Assembly (NCBI RefSeq): GCF_001194135.2 | Contig: NC_068988.1 | Span: 79,533,807 to 79,581,617 of the forward strand | Reading direction: 5' to 3' | Length of the DNA stretch: 47,811 bases | Source: Octopus bimaculoides | Taxonomy: Eukaryota | Part shown: piece by piece, positions 12,277-22,684 of the stretch | How the letters are laid out: each line of letters begins with the position of its first letter | Position numbering within the stretch: the stretch's first letter is position 1 | Notes under the pieces: generated by a model | Database searches by the model: none | The model's input: the letters and a program-made list of their open reading frames with translations, nothing else | Told to the model about the DNA's origin: nothing | Position numbers and translations under genes: made by a program

Positions 12277-14735
12277 TCTGCTGCCTCCAGGAAGTAAGGT
12301 GGAGAGGAGGTTCGGCTAGGTTACTCACAGGCAAAGAACACAGGTACAAGATTTTCTGGGCAGGGAACACAGATGGGGTCGGTGGCGTGGGTATACTTCT
12401 TTTGGAGAAATGGGTGGATAAGGTAATCGAGGTAGTCAGAGTATGCGATTGAATACTTAAGATTAGATTAGTCCTTCATCATAGGTGAGCTACTGTCATC
12501 TCGACCTATGCCCCTCAACTGGGGCTACCGGATTTTATGACACCCTCTTGCAGACTATCTCGTTGATGAATGACAGGGACCTTCTCTTTGTGGCTGGTGA
12601 CTTCAATGGACATGTTGGACAACATACAGGGGGCTTCCATGGTGTACAGGGAGGCTATGGTTTTGGTTCCCACAATGAGGAGGGAACCAGGCTGCTGGAG
12701 TTCTGTGATGCAAATGACCATATAGTTTGCAATACTAACTTCAGGAAACCTCCCAGTCACCTAGTCACCTACTGTTCTGGCAGACACACTAGCCAAAAAA
12801 AGGGAAAGATGGCTGCTTATAAATGCCAAAACCTTCCCAGGTGAAGAATGTACCCCACAACATAGACTGGTAGTTAGTAACTTCAGGATCAGGGCTAAGT
12901 GGTTGCCCAGAAGACAACCAACATGGAGGAGAAGGGTCTGGAAGCTTAAAGATCCTGCAAATGGACACAGATTTAGAGACATATTACTCAAAGCCTTTGA
13001 CGAAATAGAAGGGGATATAGCTTCATACGATGTAGCAGACAACTGAAGGTTTCTACGGGACAACATGCTGAGGGCCACTGACCAGATCTGTGGATGGTGC
13101 AAAGTCCCCTCTCGACCGAAAATAACGTGGTGGTGGAACAATGTTGTTGACAGGGCTATTAGACAAAAGAAACAGGCTTGGAAGGACTGCAAGAACGATG
13201 GTGGCAGGGAACTGTATCAGACAGCCAGAAGGGAAGCTAGGCGACAGGTTTATTTAGACAGAGGGAAAGCAGATAAGAAAAGATTTGCAAATGTTCTGCG
13301 CCATGAGGACCAAAGACTTGAGGTATTTCATGTTGCAAGAGTGATTCGTGCTGTCTTGGGGGAGAGAAATGTGCCCGCACGGATGATGGTACACTTGTTC
13401 CAAATGAGGCTGCAAAGAGAGAGGTTTGGAGACACCATTATGAAAGGTTGCCCAATAAAGAGAATGAATGAGAGAAAGAGAGTCTGCCGAATGTCGACCC
13501 AACAGAGGGACCAGCTATCCGAGTTGACAGTACCATGGTAGATAAAGCAATTAAGGGTATGAAGACAGGGAAAGCCCCCATCCCATCAAGAATCACTGCA
13601 TAGATGCTCAAAATATCTGGTTGTGTCGGCTATAGCCTAGTCACCCGGATACTTAACCAGGTGATACATGAAGGAGTCATACCCAATGACTGGTGTAGCA
13701 GCACCATAGTCAACAGCTACAAAGGTAAAGGTGACGCTTTAGATACAAATAATTACAGAGGTATCAAGTTGTTGGATCAGGTAATGAAAGTCACAGAGAG
13801 GGTCATAGCCCAACTAATTAGGGAAAGAGTCAGTTTAGATGAGATGCAGTTTGGGTTCGTGCCAGGGAAAAGCACCACTGATGCTATATTTCTGGTAAGA
13901 CAGCTGCAGGAGAAATACCTAGCCAAAGATAAACCTCTGTACCTGGCTTTCGTTGACATGGAAAAAGCTTTTGACAGGGTCCCTGGATCCCTTAACTGTT
14001 GGTCAATGAGGAAACTAGGGATAGAAGAATGGTTAGTGAGAGCTGTGCGAGCCAGGTACAGAGACGCTGTCAGTAAGGTGAGGGTTGGCAGCGAGTACAG
14101 TGAAGCATTTCAGGTAGAGGTAGGGGTCCACCAAGGTTCAGTCCTCAGCCCCCTCCTATTTCTCATAGTCCTCCAGGCAATAACACAGGAATTCAAGATG
14201 GGATGCCCCTGGGAGCTCCTCTATGCTGATGATCTTGCGCTAATTGCTGAGTCACTATCAGAACTAGAGGAGAAGTTTTAGGTGTCGAAGCAAGGACTAG
14301 AATCGAAGGGCCTTAGAGTCAACCTAGCTAAAACCTAAGTCCTAATAGGTAGGAAGGTAGACAAAACACAAACCCCTTCAAGTAGATGGCCCTGCTTGAT
14401 CTGTAGAAAAGGCGTAGGTAGAAACTCTATAAGATGGACCCAGTGCAAGCTATGGACACATAAGAGGTGCAGCAAAATGAAAGGAAGGCTAACTAGGAAG
14501 TTAGTTTTTGTATGTGACAGATGTTCAGGAGGAATAAACACTGAAAATGTGCAGAAAACAACTTCTGCTACATTCCAGGGAGAAAAACTAGACGTAGTTG
14601 ATAGCTTCCGCTATCTAGGTAACCAAGTTAGTAGTTGGGGAGGGTGCACTGAAAGTGTAGCTGCTAGAATAAGAATAGCCTGGGCAAAGTTCAGAGAGTT
14701 CTTACCTCTGCTGGCGACAAAGGGACTCTCACTCA
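12277..14735 (+). mobile_element. RTE-clade LINE (APE endonuclease + RT), 5' and 3' truncated, disrupted
   Basis: ICCLQEVRWRG..GVGGVGI, AGDFNGHVG, TNFRKP..HLVTY; RT NYRGIKLL..QFGFVPGKSTTDAIF..AFVDMEKAFDRV..GVHQGSVLSP..LLYADDL..SFRYLG; multiple stops. Confidence 0.93.
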
Positions 14736-16290
14736 CTGATTCAGGCTCTGGGATTAAAATTCCCAGTGGACCAGTGTACTTGGTAAGTTTCCTATTCAGT
14801 TTTGGACGCTGGAAGAGCAGGGTTTGGAATTTTTCAGCATTAAACTGCATATTATTATCCTCAGCCCATCTGTAAACTGAGTCCAACTCCTGCTGCAGGT
14901 GTGCAACATCACTGGAGTTCTGTATTTTCTGCGAGACTTTCGTATCGTCTGCGTAGCTTGCAAGAGTAGCTATCCGGGCACTTGAAGGCATATCTGAGAG
15001 AGCGACTATAAAAAGCAATGGTCCCAAGACAGTGCCCTGTGGAACACCGCTCACTATTTGTGTTTTCATAGAGGTGGCTCCATTAGCCACTACTGCCTGA
15101 CTTCTATCTTTCAGAAAGTCATGTAACCACTCTCCAAGTTTTCCAGCTATGCCAAGATCACGCAGTTTGTGGCATATCACNNNNNNNNNNNNNNNNNNNN
15201 NNNNNNNNNNNNNNNNNNNNNNNNNNNNNNNNNNNNNNNNNNNNNNNNNNNNNNNNNNNNNNNNNNNNNNNNNNNNNNNNNNNNNNNNNNNNNNNNNNNN
15301 NNNNNNNNNNNNNNNNNNNNNNNNNNNNNNNNNNNNNNNNNNGAGTAACTGCCTCAACACCTAGTCATAATGTTGCAAGAGCTGGGTCAGGCAGCTCCTA
15401 CCTGGTCGAAAGCCATGTTGGGTATCACTCAGCAAGTTATTTTCTTCAAGGAATGCAATTAGTTTTCCTCTGACTATCCTTTCCATGGGTTTGCTGATGT
15501 GCGAAGTCAGAGAGATAGGCCTATAGTTTTTGGCATCTGCTCTGCTTCCCCATTTATGGATTGGGCATATTATTCCCTCCTTCAGCTTGCTTGGCAGTCT
15601 GTCATTTGCAAGAAAGCTCTGGAAGATAATCTGGAGGGGTTTTGCCAGGGCATGCTTACACAATTTGAGGAGGATTGCTGGGAAACCATCAGGACCATCA
15701 GTTGAGTTTGTGTCCACTTCATCTATGACTAGTAGTATAACTTCTTTGCTAATGTCGATCTATTCCATCGTAACTGCTTCTCTGGTTATAAGTAAGGCGG
15801 CAAAGAAGTCCACTGGTTTGTTCACTTGTCTGTGTTCCAACGGGGTGGTAAAGACACTTTTGAATTGCTCATTCAGTACCTCACTGATCCTAGTTGGAAT
15901 GTCTGTGAGGGAGCCATCCCTTTCAAAGAGGGGTCCTATCTTGCAGTGTACTGAGGCTGTTTCTTTCGCGTAATGAAAGAAGGCTTTGGGTTTGACTTAA
16001 CGTCTTTTATAACCCAGGCTTCTTTGTCTGCTCTCTCCCTCACATAGGATTGTTGCAGCCTTTTTTCAATTTCCACCAGTGTTGTTTTAGGCGGGACCTT
16101 TCGCTACTTTTGGGATGTTGGTTGAGTCGATTTGCAACCTACGTCCATCGTCTTATGAGGATCTTCCTCTCCCTTGGAATCTTGTTTCTATTTGTTTTGG
16201 CCTAGTGCTCTGGGACATATTTCTGGCATATGGCTTGCACAACAGACATGAAACATTCTAATTTCATGTCAATGTCTTTAGTATAGTGTT
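14732..16290 (-). mobile_element. CR1-like LINE RT fragment, 5' and 3' truncated, spans a gap
   Basis: GPDGFPAILLK..NYRPISLTS..QHGFRPGRSCLTQLL; SGVPQGTVLGPLLF..YADDTK..WAEDNNMQFNAEKFQ. Confidence 0.9.
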
Positions 16291-16724
16291 TACAGCCTCC
16301 TTCGCGTTATAACTCTATGTAACCAGCAGTCACTTACTTGGCCATATAATATTACAACTCGTACGTAACCTGATCATTTCGCATTTGTCTTGCTTCTATA
16401 TGTTGGTTCCCTGACAATGAATATGTGTGCAATTCCAGCACCTCTTACTTCTTTGGAGTAGAGTGCACATGTTTTGAAACATATGTAGGAATTAAAGGAA
16501 CTTTTGTTTATATGCGTTTTGCTCCATTTATTATTATTATTCATTTATATATATNNNNNNNNNNNNNNNNNNNNNNNNNNNNNNNNNNNNNNNNNNNNNN
16601 NNNNNNNNNNNNNNNNNNNNNNNNNNNNNNNNNNNNNNNNNNNNNNNNNNNNNNNNNNNNNNNNNNNNNNNNNNNNNNNNNNNNNNNNNNNNNNNNNNNN
16701 NNNNNNNNNNNNNTATATATATAT

Positions 16725-18250
16725 AAAACGCAATACCTAAGAGACCTTGTAACATGTAATCAAGCAATATGCGTGTCAGTAACAGGAACACACCTAAATG
16801 TGAATGTATCGAATGCCAAGGTACACATACCAGGCCATGTCGTGCTACAAACCGACAGACGAGAAAGGTCTCATGGAGGAGTGGCAATGTACATCCGAGA
16901 TGATGTCACGCCCATGGTACTCTTGTCGCACACCAACACTGTATGTGATACCCTGGTAGTACACATTAAACAGATGAGGTTGGTAATATGTACCACATAT
17001 CGCCCACCAGATGCGCCAGATCATGAGAACTCATTTGAAGTGTGCCTCCAAAAAATGAGAGATGTTTTGATGAATCTCGACAACGATCTGCACATACTTC
17101 TTTTAGGGAATTTCAATCTTCCTCATGGAAAATGGCCAGAGGGTTGTCCCCTTTCAAGTATGTCACTTCAAAATCGGAAGCATGCAGAGTCTCTGCTTGA
17201 CTTCACTGACGCACTCTCTATGGAGCAGATGGTGCATCACCCCACAAGGGGAAAGAATATCCTGGACTTATGTTTCACAAACAGCTCGACACTCATACAT
17301 GACATGAAAGTGACACCGATGCTTCTTTCAGACCATAATTTGATAGAGCTAGTGATGTATGGACCACAAAAGACCACGGACATACGAAATACTAGAAATG
17401 CTTATCTCATCTCTAGCCTGAATTTCCACAAAGCTGACTGGAAAGGCATGGAGAAAGAGGTTCTGAAATGTAACTGGTTCACCATCCTCTCAGGGGAAAA
17501 CATTGACATGAAACTACAGAACTTCATGGCAACCATATATATCTGCAATAAGTTTACCTCCAAAGAGAGCACCAAATCAACGGGCGAAGAAAAATATAAT
17601 ACCCAGGGATAGGAGGGTACTAATGAGATGAAGAGCAAAAATCTCAAACCGTCTAAATGGACATCTAAAAGATTTCAAACGAATCCATCTCGAATGCACC
17701 TTGCTTCAGATTGAAAACGCACTCAAACTTTCCCATGAAAAGGAAAGGGTAGAAAAGGAAGCAAGGGCTATCAAAAACATTAAAGCGGACCCTAAGGCCT
17801 TCTATAGATATGCGAAAGAATCTGCTTCAGTGCGTTACAAAATAGGACCGCTACTAGATGAAAATGGCTCACTAACTGCAGACCCACAGAGGATCAGTGA
17901 ATTACTGAATGCACAATACAAGAGTGCTTTCAGTATACTGCTGGGGAAGCTACGAGTAAATGTGCCGGATAGGTTTTTTGACCCCAAAGACACACATTGT
18001 GAAATGGCAACTATTGATAACATCAAAATAGAGGAAACTAATGTGATATCAATCATTGAAGAGCTGAGCTCAAACTCAGAAACGAGCCCTGATGGATTCC
18101 CTGCAATCCTCCTAAAGAAATGTAAAAGTGCTTTAGCTAGACTGCTTCAAATCCTTTTCCAGGAGTCCCTCAGAATGGGGAAACTCCCCCAAAAATTAAA
18201 AGAGGGAATAATATGCCTAAAGGAGGATGCAGGGCAGAGGCTATACACAT
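16725..18250 (+). mobile_element. CR1-like LINE, endonuclease and start of RT
   Basis: DRRERSHGGVAMYIR, TTYRPPD, LLGNFNLP, PTRGKNILDLCFTN, LSDHNLI, NFHKADW, DPKAFYRYAK, PDGFPAILLKKC. Confidence 0.9.
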
Positions 18251-18328
18251 GGAAGAAAGTATGGCTCAGTGGAAGTAAGGTTTGGCAATGAAGAAGATGC
18301 CATAAACTACTCTATGGACCCATTACGG

Positions 18329-18373
<45 letters not shown>

Positions 18374-18659
18374 TAGATAGATAGATACACACACATATAT
18401 ATATATAGAGAGAGAGAGAGGGAGAGGGACAGAGAGAGAGGGAGAGAGAGAGAGAGAGAGATAGAGAGAGAGAGAGATGAAATTTGAATCATACATATTC
18501 CAGTTCATNNNNNNNNNNNNNNNNNNNNNNNNNNNNNNNNNNNNNNNNNNNNNNNNNNNNNNNNNNNNNNNNNNNNNNNNNNNNNNNNNNNNNNNNNNNN
18601 NNNNNNNNNNNNNNNNNNNNNNNNNNNNNNNNNNNNNNNNNNNNNNNNNNNNNNNNNNN

Positions 18660-18691
<32 letters not shown>

Positions 18692-18695
<4 letters not shown>

Positions 18696-18990
18696 AGAAT
18701 TTACAAAAAAAAACAAAACAAAAGACGAAGACAGGTAGTGTAGAAAACAAACAGATGTATTAGTATAACACCCAGAAAGTGAAAAAGTCTTTAATGTTTC
18801 GAGCCTACGCTCTTACACAGAAAGGAACACAGAAAGAAAGAAGGAGAGAAACACGGAGAGAAAAGAAGAACGTGTAGTGGCTAGCGATCTATCATGCCGA
18901 ATGCTGGACAGAAGGGTCATACAGGAGAGCTAGGAAGAGGGGGAGATAATAAAGTAATAGTGATACCAAAGCGAAGGTGCGTGTGCGTGT
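18692..18990. repeat. Unclassified interspersed repeat, possibly Penelope pLTR derived
   Basis: Minus strand carries aagagcgtaggctcgaaac (hairpin + GAAAC), reminiscent of PLE terminal motifs; not otherwise classifiable. Confidence 0.35.
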
Positions 18991-19291
18991 ATGTAAGAGA
19001 GTTCGTATGTGCGTATGAAAGAGAGTTGGTGATCTTGATATGTGCGTGTGTATGTGTAGGTGTGAAAATATGAGGATGGGAATTATACATATATATATAT
19101 ATATATATAAAAGATGCAGGTTGAAACAGCACAGAAGTCTAAATCATTTCAATTTAAGAAGGAATTTAATAAAAATGATTTTAAAAAACTATGTAAATTT
19201 TAATATACATTTAATAAAAATTATTGTGAAAAATTATATAAATCTTTTAAAATTATTTTTATTAAATTCCTTCTTAAATTGAAATTGAAAA

Positions 19292-19479
19292 GAAATTTGA
19301 GGGGAAGGGATTAAGTCAATTACATCGACCCTAGTGTGTAACTGGGACTTATGTAATCGACACCCGAAAGAATGAAAGGCAAAGTTGACCTGGGCAGAAT
19401 TTGAACTCAGAATGTGAAGACAGACAAAATACTGCAAAGCATTTTGCCGGCATGCTAATGATTCTGCCAGCTTGCCACC

Positions 19480-19480
<1 letters not shown>
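19292..19480 (-). mobile_element. tRNA-derived SINE (family S1, (ATT)n associated)
   Basis: Minus-strand head aggtggcaagctggcagaatcattagc (A-box-like)..gagttcaaattc (B-box-like); identical to 22435-22614. Confidence 0.85.
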
Positions 19481-19564
<84 letters not shown>

Positions 19565-19590
19565 TAAAATAATAATAATAATAATTCATT
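19481..19590. repeat. (AAT)n microsatellite
   Basis: Direct reading. Confidence 0.95.
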
Positions 19591-20828
19591 CTTTTATATA
19601 TAAAAAATTAACTTCTATAGATCTCTAATGTTTTTTCAATCTATACACACACACACATTATTATATATATCAAATAAAATAAGGACATTTTAAGGTGTGA
19701 GCAGTTCCTTATGAACCTGACCTTTTACTACTGACATACTAGACAGGAATTAATTGGTCCATGTGAGTAAGATTATGCTATAAAAGTGATAAAGAGATGA
19801 GAAGGAGTGAAAAAAAGAGGATTGTGAAGAATGTAAATGGGAGTAAAACTCCAAAGCTCTTGTGAGAATAAGTAAATATTAAAATTCTGTATGTGTGCAT
19901 ATTACATGTAGGAATATACACTCTTAATGAATGTCAAATGTATAATTATCTATCTGAAATGAAATTCATTTACTGTATAAATGTGCTATATACTGAATAT
20001 AAGATGTGAAAGTATCTATGACATAATAACCAACCAAACACAGGAGTGTTCAGATGAGCTATCTGGAGAAATGGGTGGCAGAGATTTCTAAATATTGGTT
20101 TTATTTTACACTAACCAGAATGATGTATCACAAAACAGCAAAATGAAAAGTTCTGACATTTAAAATCACACAAAAGGTATTAGCAGACTTTGTTAATCCA
20201 AGAAAGAGAATGTCTACAGGTATTGTAGCCTGTACCAGGTTGGCAGTAGGAGAGATATGATTGGCATTTAGTTTTCTGCAGAAAGAAAGATGATGATGAG
20301 GACCTTATGTCAGAGATGTTGAATTTAAAATGGTCTGCTGACCATGTCTTTAAAAGACCACATGAAAAATTTATAGAAGACTAACAGTGATTTATTAAGT
20401 TACATAAACCTATAAATTAGTAAAATCAAAGCTTCCTCATTTTTCTCAATACAGATGTGACCTTCACAGGGTCTTATATACTTAGGAGTTCCCACTAGTA
20501 TTAAACAATTTCAACCTCTGCATCTACATAGCTGCCTGATGTGCAAGAGGTAGCTACCAAAACCCCTTCAAGTTAATAAAGAAAAGATACTTTAGCCAAT
20601 GTAGTTCTAGGTATGCTTCATCTGAAAACAAGACCTGGACTTGTCACTGAACATCTTTAGTAAAACAGATTCATCCAGAAATAAACCATTTTGAAATTTC
20701 AGCACAGCACACATCTCCAAAACATGTTTGACACATTTACATTTTAAAAACTGAACTTGACTACTGGGGAGAGATAAATGAGATATAGTGAGAAAGAGGA
20801 TTTGGTCAAGAATATTAGGGAAGGAAAA

Positions 20829-21096
20829 TTGGATGGTATCTTCATGATCCCTAAAGACCACAAAACACTTGCAAAATTATGCCCATTCACCTGTGTGCCA
20901 TAAAATCCTTTATGATAAATAGTGCAGGGTAGAAAGCTCAGTTGCTATATGTGGCTGTAGGTCTCTTAATAACTTTCTGCTTTGAGAGGTTGAAAAGCAA
21001 TTTATTCCATATAGAGTAAACCTATGATTAAAGATATTTCAGACATGACCATCTTAAGGGATCATGGTCTTTAGGGATCATGAAGATACTATCCAA
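20829..21096. repeat. 32-bp inverted repeat (31/32 match), 204-bp spacer
   Basis: 20829-20860 ttggatggtatcttcatgatccctaaagacca vs reverse complement of 21065-21096 ttggatagtatcttcatgatccctaaagacca. Confidence 0.95.
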
Positions 21097-21924
21097 ATGC
21101 ATATCACTAAAGTTTATGTCAAGAGGCCAACATTATCTGATGTCATGCACAGTCACTTTTGTATATCTTTGTTTTTATATCTATGAATAGGTATGTAACT
21201 ATCTCACTTGTCTCCTTAATCTAACCTCAGTTCTAAACATGACATATATAACTATACTTCCATATAACCAGCTACACTTGATATAGGAGATCCCACTTTT
21301 TGTATCACCTAGGGGTACATCACACTGTACTTTTGAGGAGACGAGAACTAAAGCTTTGGATATGCACAAAAATGTTGGTTGGTTTTTTTTCTTGTATTTG
21401 TATGGAAGCTTCAGTACTGCCAAATACTTTCCTTGGTCCATATCTCAGTTTTGTCAGTTGTAGATAACACCAAGAAAGAACAAAACCAGATCTTCACCTT
21501 CACTGCTGACACTAAAACTCTCAGACATATGAGTGTGTATGTGAACATTATAACTAAATATATCACTTGAGTTGTTCACACTAGTTTCTTGTCTTTTTCA
21601 AAGTGTATGCAGCTTGCTGTAAGATGTTATTTTCTTCTGTTATGCAAACTGGATTCACTTCCATCTTTTTTCTTAGATATGCATTGTTTCCATTCTTATA
21701 GCCAATTTAGAGCTAATGTAAACAAGAGAGAAAAAAAAAAACTACATTCAAAAATGTCTTTTTCCTACCAAACAAAACTCTCACCTTTTTTTTATAGCAG
21801 GTCCATAAGACAAGACAGAAATGTCATGTGGGCATCCACTTGTGAGAAAAAAAATTAACAGTAAATCCAAACATTTGTTACCACACAAGATTTAATAGTA
21901 ATTGTTTCAAATTCTGACATAAAG

Positions 21925-22613
21925 TCAGCAATTTCAGCGAGAGAGGGTTAGTCGATTATATCTACCTCGGTACTTGACTGGTACATTATTTAATTGACAC
22001 CAAATTTGTGGGAGAGGGGGCAAGTTGATTAACATTCACTTCAGTAATTGAATGGTACTTTATTTTATTGACTGTGAAAAGGATGAAAGGCATTCAAATT
22101 CAGATTGTAAAAAGCCAGAAGAAATGCCACTAAGCATGTTGTCCGATGTGTCAACAATTGTCAGCTCTGCCATCTTTATAATAATAATAATAATAATAAT
22201 TAAAGGCACAAGGCCTGAAATTTGTGTAATCAATTACATTGTCTCTAGTGTTTCCCTGCTACATAATTTATCAACATCTAAAGGATAAAAGGCAAAGTCA
22301 ATCTCGCAAAATCTGAACTCAACGTAAAGGCGAGCGAAATACTGCTAAGCATTTCATCCGGCATGGTAACGGCTCTACCAGCTCACCGCCTTAATAATAA
22401 TCCATTCTGTGATAGGCACATGGCCTGAAATTTGGGGGAAGGGATTAAGTCAATTACATCGACCCTAGTGTGTAACTGGGACTTATGTAATCGACACCCG
22501 AAAGAATGAAAGGCAAAGTTGACCTGGGCAGAATTTGAACTCAGAATGTGAAGACAGACAAAATACTGCAAAGCATTTTGCCGGCATGCTAATGATTCTG
22601 CCAGCTTGCCACC

Positions 22614-22614
<1 letters not shown>
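21925..22614 (-). mobile_element. Head-to-tail cluster of about four S1 SINEs, the later ones separated by short (AAT)n
   Basis: Copies at about 21925-22000, 22030-22177, 22200-22392, 22412-22614 with recurring gtcgattacatcgac / ggatgaaaggcaaagt / tttgaactcag blocks. Confidence 0.8.
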
Positions 22615-22665
<51 letters not shown>

Positions 22666-22684
22666 TAAAATAATAATAATAATT

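Noticed and set aside
14732-18250. Divergent CR1 pair as a twin-priming inversion
   Set aside because: The two pieces overlap in homologous regions and are clearly diverged, so they are independent insertions.
18788-18822. Hammerhead-like hairpin + GAAAC on the minus strand
   Set aside because: The CUGANGA core is absent (reads GUAAGA) and stem I could not be formed convincingly.
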